Shown here piece after piece: positions 19,494-31,367 of a DNA stretch of 64,000 nucleotides. This stretch comes from Azolla caroliniana. Lineage: Eukaryota > Plantae > Polypodiophyta. Position 1 is the first letter of the stretch. Each line of letters starts with the position of its first letter. The DNA is taken from NCBI GenBank assembly GCA_043228905.1, contig JBHGNT010000020.1, positions 12,400,001 to 12,464,000 of the forward strand. Direction: 5' to 3'. A model generated the notes under the pieces. The model made no database searches and was not told the DNA's origin. It saw nothing but the letters and a program-made list of their open reading frames with translations. A program made the translations under genes and the position numbers.

Positions 19494-22400
19494 TTACTCA
19501 TCTTCTTGTTCAGACCTTTGTTTCTTCCATCGATACGCAGCTTCAAGGATCTTCAGATTTGGTTGCATTCCCGTCTCCTCTGGGAAAATGTAATCTGTGT
19601 ACTCCTCAAACCTACAAATATCAAACCAAGCAATCAAAAAGTGTGACCATCAATCAGTCCATAAATGTATTTTCAAAAAAACAAATGAGCATCGAAGCGC
19701 GCAAATAGACATATGCATAAATATATGAAAGGGGTAGTATCAACTTCCCCCTTCATAATTCTGAAAATATAAGTACATATCCCTCGTACAGGGTAATATC
19801 CATAGTTCAACTATTGATTTTCCCTATTCAGCATAGATACATACATATGCATGTGTTTATATAATAAATCATATGTGTGCATTCACACCATCCTCTAAAA
19901 CAGTCTTAACATTATTTATACAAAATTTACGTACCCTGCCGATGTGCCATCATCATTGAATAGAGGACGCTTCCGCTTGACTCGCCTCGGCATCTTCTTT
20001 TGTACAATGGAAACGTCGCCTAGGTCCCCAAAGCTCTTCTCCATGTCCCTCCACTCCTCCAATAACATTGCTCTCTCCTCTTTCTGGTCTGGGGCAGAGG
20101 TCCTCAAAGACTCGAAGGCCCTTTCAAATACATCTAACACATTGAAACAAAAACATTTAAGAATAAATCATCAACGTTTACTTGGCTAAATCAATGCCAA
20201 CCAAGCCAAATAGCCATGATTTTGTAGACATATCTCATATATGAATATAACAATACAAAGAAACCAAGAAACCACACACATGCATCTATACCTATATTTT
20301 GATATGTATAGCATATACGATGTCAAATAGCCATGATTTCATATAAATATCTTATATATGAATCTGACAATACAAAGATACCACGTACATGCATGTACCT
20401 ATATTTTTTATTTATATGTATAGCATACATGATGTCAAAGTAAAGGATGTTTTCCGCATGCACACACTCATGGAACACTACCAAATCCATTTAGAGATAC
20501 AACCACTATATATCATATACCAAATAGCACAATATAAATTTTCCTACTTTCTTCATAGTGAAACAAGAACAACCTGAAGTTTCTGAATACGTACGAAAAA
20601 GCAAGATTGATTTATCAGCTAACATACCTCGAGATCTGAGAAGGTGCTGCTTTTTATGAGCAATCACATCATCTTCTTCAACAACACCATCGTCCAAAGG
20701 AATAGTTGCCTCAAATTTCGCATAGCTCACCCAAACTTTCAAATGCTTTGTCCGGTCCAGGAGACGATCATATAGTTCTCGGGTTCGATCGTGTTCTCCC
20801 TCTGAAATTTCAAATTCAATATATGCCTGCCACATACATGCAAAAAACTTCAGTAGGCATAGTGAGGAACACAAAATAATATTATTTTGATCTCATATAT
20901 TAGATATTAAGAGAAATGTACAAAAATATCTGTAAATGCTCAACGACTGCCCAAATTTCCTTTTGAATTTCTGATATTCCCAAAACAGCCCTCATTTTTC
21001 AAAATTCTCAAAAACTACTTCTCTTTACGATTTGGGGTATTTTGCAAGTTTTCAAAACAATAGAAGCATTTAGGAATTTGAGAAAGAGAAAATTGTAGAG
21101 ACATATGTTGTTTGTTTCAGGAATTTCAAAAAATGGATGGTTGGGTAATTTCACAAAAATTAGGGGTATTTTAATAAAATGCCCCTAAAAATTAATTATA
21201 ATACCTTCCAAAGCAATTCTGGCATGTCAAGAACAGGTTGTGCTATGGCCAACTCAAAGATAGCACGACCTCTCTCTGTTTCTCCTAGGGATCTCTCAAG
21301 CTCTGCGAATTTGCTCCATGCATAACAATTTGAAGGTGCCCATTCAAGATATTTCTCATAAAGAGTTCTACATCTGTCTATGTTGCCAAGTTGCAGCTCG
21401 ATTTCAATGTATGTCTTGAATATCTACCAAATAATACAATTTAGTTAATAATTCCTCATTAGAATTGTGCCATAAACAACTTACAAAAAGAAATTTCTAA
21501 TGGTTATGGAATTCATATGAGAACTAATGAAAGAGCTCATTGTATTGTGTCAAAATCAATGTACTTTATTGAGTTCATATGACATTTAATGAAGAGCTTA
21601 CTTTATCCTTTGGTGCCATACCAATGGCATTACCAAGAATCCTTCGAGCTCCCTTCAGGTCCTTTTGCCTAATTTCAAATTGAGCTGCTAGAATCCAGAT
21701 CTTTGCAAAGGAAAATTTCTTGTGAGGAATAAGCTTTAGACATTCCCTGGATCAAATGACCAAAGTTGGAATATTTTGTCATAAACTTAACATTATAAAT
21801 ACAAGTACCATTGTATTAGTAAAGATAATTGGTTTATCTATAGATCATACTTATAGATATCTCGAGTTCTATTCATATCTTGGGCCTCCAATTCTTCAAA
21901 TAATGCGTAGTTAATCCTGTGTAAAATGTAGAAACATAGCTAAAACTTCAGTGGGGATTTGGGTATACAAAAGTCTGACTAGGAAAAAAAGACATTGACA
22001 ATTATCTGAATAATGCGAAAACACTACGAATCCCTGTAGATGCATCACAAATCCAGTAAGCAAACAAATCTATGATCATTGTTACAAATGTAAGCTGCAG
22101 GGACATATGGCTGATTAGATTTACCACAGTTGAAAATACGAACAATTAGCTAAGCTACATTCATCTATCATTCCATGTAACATCTTTGTGTGTGTATGCA
22201 TATGTTCATATATAAAATGTGCACACACACATGAGTGCATGTAGGTGTATGTGAGTGTATATGATGTTTGCATGCGTATAAACTCATGTATTCATAAAGC
22301 AAACTAATGGAAGTGTCAACTCCAAATATTTGCAAGAAAAATTATGAATATATGTAAGAAAATATGAACTTTCATGATCTGTTCATGATTGTTCCAATAA

Positions 22401-24472
22401 AATACTAGTTATCATATCTAAATATAGAGATCGTATATAGCACAAGTCACAAAACATGCATTGTCCATGATCATGGCCTAAGTCATCAAATAAACAATAA
22501 GACAACAATAAAAAGGGGAAAAGTTAAAAGACAGGAGAACAAGATGATGGCTTTAGATTACCATCTCATTGACAATTGTCCCATAGATAATAAGCAATTG
22601 AAAAACCAAGAAAACAAGAGAGAAGGGCCACAATCAATGTTCTCAGGCTATGTGATACAATATGAATAAGATATGAGATAGCACAGATTATTTACTGCTT
22701 ATGGTATCAGATATTCCAGCTATCAAAGAACTGAACATTGTACACTTAGAAGGATAGAAAGATAAGGAGAAAGAATTTGAGAGGAAAGAGGAAAAATAGG
22801 AGTAGAGTGGTGAACTTCAAAGTGAGAATGAGCATAAAGAATGAAAAAGAACTGCAGAAGAAAACATGAAAGAAAATGGATTAAATAAAGTCAAAAGTTT
22901 TCAGATAAAAAATATGACTGCACCTATGCAGAATACGACTGTAATGAAAATTTCATTCTTGATCATGGTTTCTCTTAAGAGTTTCAAGTAAATTATGTTT
23001 TGTTACTAACTATAGAGATAGTCACCACAAGGGGGTGATCATCATCATGTAGTTGGATTATAAATACTGAAATAAAATTCAAATATCAGCAAGCACTGAG
23101 AGTATTGACCAAAATAAGTCCTAAAAGAATATACTCCATTGGGTCATAAAGATTTTGAAAAACAACATGAACTGTTCATAAGAGCTTTTTCCTAAATGCA
23201 TATAGTAATACATGTTCCGAACATGGAATATCATGTATTTATTGGTTTTGCCAGCCACTCAATCTTCATGCAAAAACTGAAAAACTGAAAATCAGAAAAA
23301 GAACTCAAAATTCTGTACCAGAGATAAATATAACGTTGCCAATACCGCTTTTCCTCTGCAGGAGGTATATTAGCAATAGCCCTCTCATACACTTCACGAA
23401 CCCTTTCCTTGTTCCCAGCAGTCTCTTCCAATTTCGCATAATCAAACCACACATCATAATTGCGCCCATTTTTCTTCACTTCCTCCTCATATTGAAACCT
23501 CTTCCTTCCAAGCACAACATCCTCTATTCCTTCTGTATCACCAAATTGCTTCTCAAACACAACAAATTTCCTATAGAGCTCTTCAGCCTGACCTTTTGGA
23601 ATATGATCTAAAGCATACTTATAAATGCAACGAGCTCGATCAATTTCTTTACACCTCTCTTCAAATTGAGCAAAAGCAACAAAGAGCTCTTCAGTTTGCC
23701 CATCTTCACCGAGTTGTTCGATAGCTCTCTCATAGCAAGCTCGGCCACGAGCAATATCACCATTCTTCACCTCAAACTTTGCAAATCTAATCCACGCTTT
23801 CACAGTAGGGAGAGATTCGACATATCTTTCATAGATGTTACGAGCACGGTCGATCTCATTATACCGAATCTCGAACTTGATATAAGCTGCCCATCCATGA
23901 TGGTCAGGTTGCCAATCCATCCATCTCTCAAACACTTGTCGAGCACCCGAATGGTTACCAAGCATCTCTTCCATGTGAATATACTTATACCACAATTGAT
24001 CGACTCTAGGCAAAAGGCTAACAGCACGATCCCATACATTCCGAGCATGATTAACAAACCGATTCTTCATCTCCATCTCAGCATACTTGAGCCATAAGGT
24101 GGTGTTTCTATGGTCTACCTCTAAGGCTCGTTCCCATACAGACCTCGCCCTAGCAAAATCCTTTTGTGATTCTTCCCATTGGGCATATTTCACCCAAACG
24201 CTGATGTTCCATCGAACACGACGGATTTGGTCTTCAAATTCTTTTCTTCTACGGAGGCGATATTCTCCAAGTTCTTGACCATCGGTTATCTTCTGTTTCG
24301 GAGGTCTTATCTCAGCTTCTTGTCTCTCTCTAGCTTCTCGGAGGATTTGTTCAGCAGTGATTTGGATTTGGGCAGGAGTCTTGTTCTTCACTCGAGTAGG
24401 CCGGGGTAGCTTCACCTCCGTTTCTTTCCGGGTTAGAAACCCTAATGAAGGGTCTGCGTCTTTGAATGACAT
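19494..24472 (-). CDS. CRN: Crooked neck-like / CLF1 / SYF3 HAT-repeat pre-mRNA splicing factor (NTC/Prp19 complex), 7 exons
   Basis: ATG at 24472 ([46 protein letters not shown]). Exons 23319-24472, 21851-21916, 21602-21746, 21205-21423, 20628-20826, 19935-20133, 19494-19611, all GT-AG. HAT repeats throughout; C-terminus [11 protein letters not shown]...[14 protein letters not shown]. Confidence 0.95.
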
Positions 24473-24504
24473 TGTGTTTCTTCTTGATTCAAAATGAACC
24501 TTTA

Positions 24505-25170
24505 ATAAGTACCCTAACCCTAATATCAATACCAACACTAACACTGCCACTGATCCTTTGCTATCAGAAACACGTGTCAGCGAGAATCCTAATCTTAAAC
24601 TTCAACCTAATCCTAGGAGTGCAGAGCAGAGATACATATTCGTGGGTACCTTAATCCCAACACAAACGCTAACTCTGAGACAAACCCTAAAATTAAGACC
24701 CCGCGGGGTGGGGCGAAGATATTGAAAAACCTGGAGCTCGTTGGAAGGAGAGGAAGGAGAGATGGAAATCCCAAACCTTGAAATTCCAAGAAGAGAAGGG
24801 ATACTTATCTGCAGCTCGACGGACGGCAAGAAAACCCCGAAACCCTAACCCTAACCCTAACAGGGCTTTCAGTCTCAGACTCTGTTCTGTATGTGTCTCG
24901 AGGGGAGCTCTGTTTTACTTTTGTTCTTTTGGGGGGAAGGGGGGGCTAAATTCTAATGAAGGCTTCTTCAGTTTCTATAATATTTCAAAAATGCCCCTAC
25001 ACTATTTTCTGTATCTCCTAAGATATAGAAATTGAAGAAGTGTAGGGGCATCATAGGCGCACTTTTGGGTTTGCAATAGAGTCCATTGTTAGAGGCATCA
25101 GAGGCCTAGTTTAGGGTTTGTGGGTGAGTCCGTACTTAGAGGCATCAGATGCGCAGTTTAGGGTTTGTGG
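24505..25170. promoter_or_regulatory. Telo-box cluster in the CRN 5' region
   Basis: AAACCCTAA at ~24682, AACCCTAACCCTAACCCTAA at 24841-24860, ACCCTAACCCTAA at ~24511, and TTAGGGTTT at ~25111 and ~25158. Telo-boxes are typical of plant translation and RNA-processing genes. Confidence 0.55.
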
Positions 25171-25500
25171 GTGAGTCCGTACTTAAGAGTTCAAGGCAGG
25201 AAGCAAGGCGTGTAAGCATGCATCACCTAGCCTCCTCCCTCCATGGGTTGTATCCAATATGTCATAATGAACCCTTGCTCTAACTGACACGATCATTGCC
25301 TTGCCTTAAGAGTCAGCGTAATGAAATAAAAATGATCTTACTTGAAGTTTTAGAGTCCACGGCGGGAAGCAAGGTGCCTAGGGACACGTCACTGGGCCTC
25401 CTCCCTCCATGGTTTGGCCAATATTTCATAACGAACCCTTGCTTTGACCAACTGTGACTACCCCCAAGAGTCGGCGTATCAAATAAACAATATCTTGCAA
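25089..25500. repeat. Two adjacent local duplications (~47 bp x2, then ~170 bp x2 imperfect)
   Basis: TTAGAGGCATCAGA...TTTAGGGTTTGTGGGTGAGTCCGTACTTA twice; GGAAGCAAGG...GCCTCCTCCCTCCATGG...GAACCCTTGCT twice. Confidence 0.8.
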
Positions 25501-27829
25501 TGTTTAGGTTTCAAGAAAGATGTACAATATCGGGTGCAAGGGTTGGAGGGGGGTGGATGATGGGGGAAGAGGTTGGAAGTGAGGAGGGTGGTGTAGGAAG
25601 GACGAACAACAAGTCAATGATCTAATCACAAAGTGTGTTGGAAGCATTGGAAAGTCAAGGGAGGGGAGCTTGGACATCCTTTCATGAGTGGTAAGGGTTA
25701 AGAACTCCTTCTCATTCCTTGCGAGCTAGTGATGGGTCGCATGCCGAGTGAACATGGAGTGAGAGGTCTATCAATAACTAGTGTTATATGGTGGAAAAAC
25801 AAACCACATATTGACCAATGTTTCAAAGTCTCATTGGTAGGACAAGAGTATAATGGTGGCATGCTTCCAAAGATTGACTAATTGGCGCCTTATATGGCCT
25901 TTATTGAGATAAGAGGTGAGACCCTAGCTAGGGTTGTTATACTTTCGGAAGGGTGGAAGGTTGCAGGTTGGATCAAAGATAAGAAGTCAAAACAACCTCA
26001 CAAAGAGAAGGACTATTTTGATGCATGGGTTAGGGATAACAAGATGGGGATCGATGAAGTTTGCCTAATCTTGGAGCATCTTAGGTTCAATATGATTATG
26101 GCGGCGAGGATGTGAGAACATTGACAAACCTCACATGGCAAGGTAATCAAGCCTATGTCAACATGTGGGGAGAAGATAACAATCATAATTCCTACCAACG
26201 TTCATGAGTTGCTTGCAAACCTTGATAGATTGGGTGATAATTATGTTGATTGTCCAAAAAATGAGGTGCAAAGGGAGTTGAGCACTTAGATGTTCAACAA
26301 CCATATATACCGCGAGCTATGAGAGTTATCATGATGGATGAGAGGGCATCCAGGATGAGTTATGTGGTCATGATAAGGTGAAAAGATGAGTGTGAAGAGG
26401 TGCTGTTTGATGGACATGAGTGTCGTGACGTTGTTGGTGATGGTGTGGGTGAGAAGTGATGGAAGAGGGGTTAGTTGTTAGTAATGACTTTTGACTATAA
26501 GGGTTGGAAGCTTGATTAACGTGATTAGTAGTATTAGCTAAAGCAAATGATTAGTATTACTATATTGGTAGTTGTTAGTTGAAGGTGTTTATTATGGTTA
26601 GGATGATCCTCGATGGTGTCATCTCATCGTTGTCATCATCATATTAGTATTGTTATTATTGTTATTGTTTATTGACTTAGGTTGGTGGGGGGATGTTCAT
26701 GGAGTTCTTTCGGGATAGGTCGTTAGGTAAGTAAAGCTATTGGGAGGTGCAACAATAGCACGCACATATGTAAACTTGGCTTTTCATTCCTTTTCTTTTT
26801 GGTTTGTTACTTCTTCTTTCTCGGACTTTCCATGTGGGATGGGTTTTACTTGTTTTTACAGGGAGTGAGTGTGACTTGTAGTTTTATGAGTTTTTATTTT
26901 AATATTTATGTTGTGGGGTGGGTTATTACAATGTACTATTATTGTTTAGTACTATGGCTACTTCAAATATGGGGCTCGGGGTGGTTCGGATGTGGTGTGT
27001 TTTTTGTGTTATTTTTCTATGTGAGTTGTTTCGGTAGTTGATGCAGGTAACCCGCTTTTGTGCACCTTTCAGGGAGTTTGTTCCATGATTTTTGTGTGCA
27101 CTTTAGTCAGACAAGGAATTTTGGTGATGTGACTAGTTATAAGTCTTCATTTTTTTTAGGTTAGTTGTGGTCATCCGCCTTTGACCGGTCTTCGGGGTTG
27201 GCAATAATTTGGCTCGTTGGACTCAAATTTGCATGATGACATTATGGTTCATGTTAGTGTGTGTTGTATGTCTCGTCATCATCTCATGTCAAAGTTGTCC
27301 CGTGAGGTAAACTTTGCTCATTTCGACTAAATTTTGTGTTGTTGGGATGTGTTTCTAATTTGTGACTACATGTAGTGGAGATAGAGATATTATTGTTCAG
27401 TTGGTTAGTGGAGGTCGTTGGTTTTCCCACTCAGTTCCGTGTGGGTAGCTAAATTTGAGTGGTGCCTTTGTGCAAACCTTGTGCTTTTGTTAAAGTTTTA
27501 TGGACATGCCACAAGTCAGCTTGATATTTTTTTCTCCCATGGCATATCTCGTGGATATTGACCCATACTTGTGTTTTTCCTGGTCATTGTTATTGTCGAT
27601 GGTTTTGATATTTCCTTTTTCCGCTCTTTTTTTTGTATCCACCGTTTTGTTTTGTGTTGACGTGGTTTGGACCGTGACTGTTCGGGTGGTGGTCTTAAAA
27701 CCTTGGTGCCATTGTTTTATCATGTAGTGTCGATTGTGTCTTTGTTGTGTACGTCCTTGGTGTTGATGACGGTTATGATGTGGCCATTTAGTGTAATGCT
27801 CATTCTTTCGTCTATTAAGCCTTTGTTTA

Positions 27830-28350
27830 TGTTGAGAATCCAGTCCCTCTGAGTGGGATGGAGAACCAATTGGATTGGATGTGAAGCCGATCAACTGAAG
27901 GCCGAATCAGTCACTAGTAAACTTGGTCGAGGCCGAAAATCAACTAATAACCGATTCAGTTGATAGCTGAATCGATCGAAGCCAACTCGAGGCTATATTT
28001 GTAAATAGTCATGTATGAATACGAGTATAAATATATTTAGGGCAAGTAGTTAGGCATGATTATTGTTGTTGGAAGAAGATATAGTGTGTAGTTGCCTCTA
28101 TAACTAGAGTGAGAGAGTTGTAACTCTGCAGTCATCTGTTAGACAAAGAAGAACTCAAGGTCGTTGCCTTGAGATTCTTATTTGTGTATTTCCTCTTGAT
28201 ATAGTGATTCTGTCCGGAGTCAATGGGCTCCTGTGGTTTTCCCATATCAGGGTTTCCACGTTAATATCTTGTGTCTCTGTGTCAGTGCATCATTTTCTGT
28301 CTTTCTCGTTTGTACTTGGTAATCGATTGTGGCTGATCCCATATTCAACA
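27830..28350 (+). mobile_element. Solo LTR, probably Ty1/copia-derived
   Basis: TGTTGA...TCAACA termini with a perfect 5-bp TSD GTTTA (27825-27829, 28351-28355) and no internal domain. Strand and family inferred from a copia-like GTGGTTTT...GGGTTTCCACG motif near the 3' end. Confidence 0.88.
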
Positions 28351-28695
28351 GTTTATTGGGAAATGGATTCAGCTTTTGCTTAGTGTTAGTGCAATCATAC
28401 ATTGGCTAGCTTGGCACCAATCTTGCCCCAATAGGCAATTGTATATAGGACATTAAGCGGAAGACACAATCATTAATTGGGTGTGTACTAGAGATTGATT
28501 GGATTTGGCATGTGAGTGTGCATAGACAACATGATGTTGACCCTTCAAATTTGTGGTTGGTCATGGTGTTCATTTAGGATGGGGAATCCTAGGTCTTCCC
28601 AGATGTCGAACAAGAGGAGTGTAAATGATGTGCTTATATTGACTATAGTGGCCACACGAACTTTTGGTGTTGGCAATGTAGATAAAACATTTGAT

Positions 28696-31367
28696 TGTCG
28701 AAGAAGGAATTTATGAATTGGGTTGAAACCCCCCAGGGACAGAATACGTTGGCGATGCTTCAGGAGTTCGAAAGGCGGTTCACACGACTCTCGACGCTAG
28801 ACCGAACCGTGCTTGACACGATTAAGGTCTTGCTGTTTGTGAAGTCGGTTCACTTGCTCGATCGTGAAAAGGTGGGTCTCCTCTTGGAGACAGACGAGGG
28901 CCTCACGACTGACTGGGCAATGGTTAAAAGAGTTTATGGCCGTTTCAACAAACAACACGATTGGAATGACGTAGGGTTGTCGACAATCGGCCCGGGTGCG
29001 GGGAGGAAGCCGGAGGAACCGGTTCCGACAAGAACGAACGAAACAAGATGATGGCTCCAGTCGGGCACGACATCGGCCAACGTGGTAACAGGACCATCGG
29101 GGGGCGCAACTCTTGAGGACCTGACCAAGATGGTGCACGATCTCCAGATTGCGTAGGCTCGGAGGGACGGCGGGGGTCGCCGTTCGACTAGAGGTGTTGT
29201 GGTGTGACGCCATCGTGCACGTCCGGAGGGATTGTGCCGATTTCGCTGAGGCACTTAAAAGTGACGTAGTGTACCTTTGGAACGATCGGGTGCACGCCAA
29301 CGATACGCAGAGGGCCTTGAGGTAAATACCGGCCGGGGTGGGATGAAAAGTATAATGGAGGAAGCTGCAACCAAGAACGCCGAGGCCATTCACTACTCGG
29401 TGTCGGCGGGGATGGAGAGAAGGCCATCGGATCCAAAAGCAAAATTGAACTCTGGCCACTTGTGCTAGAGGGGCATGTCTAGTGTAAGGCTAAGGAAGGA
29501 AGAAGAGGACCGCGCGGAGAAGCGAGTCCAAGAGGGCACCGGATGGGACGATTCGGTAGAAGAGAAAACCGGCTTCGTGGAAGTTGCCTGCCAAAACTAC
29601 GAGGTTCTGGTGGAAGATAAGTGGGCCGGAAAGGCTGGAGAGGCCGGAGGGGCTGGTCCCTCGAACCGGTATGAGACCCAGAGTGGGCCGAAGAAGAATG
29701 ACGGAGGCCCAATTGGCTCACAGGAGAAGACGAAGTTGCCAGGCTTTCAGTTGAGCTCGGAGATAGAGAGGAAGACAGACCTGTCGAGGTTCTTGGAGGA
29801 ACAGATCCTCGACAGCTGGGTGGAGCTCACCCTGAGGGAGGTGCTAGGGATATCGAAGGAGTTCCATGACGACATTGTTGATCTCGTAAAAAGGAAGAGA
29901 CTGTCAACGGAGCCGGAGTCCGAGAAGTCGGTTGAAGTGAGGTTGGCCTTGATCGATGAGATGGCAGTAGAAGACGAATACGCCGAAAGCCATTACATGA
30001 GGCCGCACTCGGCAAGAGCTACCACGGAGACGCTGGTTCGGATCGGGGACGTGCAGGAGCCGGTGCTAGTGCTAATCGACCATGGATCAGAGATTAATTT
30101 AATGTCGATGGACTTCTACAAGAAGGGTAAATGGCCGATCAACACGAAGCATGGTTGGAAGATACGCGCTGCGACCCGCGCTACCGAAGAGCTTCATGGT
30201 GCGCGACCGAACATCCGAGTGAAAGTCAGGGATGTAGAGATCGACCAACAATTCTTCGTGTAGGAGACGTCTTCCCATCCGGTGATTTTCAGAGAACCTT
30301 ACATTACGGTAGCATGGATGGAAATGAAGGTGCTGGACAATGGTTCGGCCTATGCGAGGGTAAAGAGCCAAGACAGTAAGCACTCCGTCCAGTTTTTGAC
30401 AGTGCGGCCGAACCACAAAAGAAACCAGGATTCTCTTGGTGGCGAGAGTCGAGAGGATTTTTAACGAGGACTATCAAGGCATGGGGCCGCGATAGTCTGG
30501 ACAACTGGAAGAAACAACACACATGTACCATTGGTAGGAAATTTTTGCCCTCTGTTAATGGAGGTTGTACCCTAACTAGCATCGGTGGCTGGGAGAAGAA
30601 ACGAATCGAAGGATGCTTTAAGGCATGTGGTGCCTTAGGCTTTGACAACGAGATTAGAGGCGCCATGGAGGCGGTCTCATTCAATGACACCCTCAAGGAG
30701 ATCGAGAAGATAGTTGAGGAGGATCTTAGGGAAGGCGGATGTACGAAGTCATCGCGGACTTCGGGAAGATGATCGGGTTAGATCGGACCGACCGAATAGA
30801 CACCAAGTACAAGACTATGGATTGGAAGGTGAGGCCAATCGCAACTCCCTTGGTGGAGGACAGTTGGGAACAGATAAAAGGGGTCGCGACGGACCCAGGT
30901 TTAGGAGATGCGGCCAACATAGGACACCAATTCACTGACGAAACGCTACGGAAGCTCAAGACCGATGGGGGTGGCTTCCTATTGCCCGCGGAGAAGGACC
31001 GGTTTCGGAGGATGCTTGAAAGGCACACGAAAGCCTTTGTATTCTCGTCGTGTGAGATCGGGGCCGAGGTAGTAATCGACACAGATTGCCTGCCGATTCT
31101 CGGCATGGTTTCCGGATGCGTGACTCCGGACTTGGCGATTCTCAAGTGGGTTGCGTACATTAAGTCCCTGAATCCGTAGATAGGACACATCTCCGGAAAT
31201 GAGAACACCGTGGCTATTATGCTTTCGAGAAAGCGGTTTGACAACGAGGACGACATGGTGTCTGAAGACGAAGAAGTCGGCGAGAACTTCTTCGAGTCGG
31301 CCCAATTGAGGGCAAGCAAACGGGGCACTCCGGCCTTGAGCGAGTTTGACGAAATTGACTATGACGG
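28696..31367 (+). mobile_element. Gypsy copy A: degenerate non-chromoviral Ty3/gypsy fragment (gag, protease, linker; RT and most of RNase H deleted)
   Basis: LQEFERRFTRLSTLDR (gag), LIDHGSEINLM (aspartic protease), REDF*, KYKTMDWKVRP, then EVVIDTDCLPILGM. Collinear with copy C; multiple stops; no LTRs seen. Confidence 0.9.

Noticed and set aside
24473-24550. Hydrophobic N-terminal extension ([13 protein letters not shown]...) of the CRN ORF
   Set aside because: It starts at a non-ATG codon and derives from telo-box-like UTR repeats; conserved sequence begins at the ATG at 24472.
25500-27800. Short ORFs and GT-rich sequence upstream of CRN
   Set aside because: No recognisable domains or splice structure; probably a decayed repeat, but not assignable by eye.
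28696-28705. TGTCG at the start of copy A as an LTR end
   Set aside because: It is gag coding sequence (equivalent to ISKRDLMEW in copy C), with no matching LTR or TSD.
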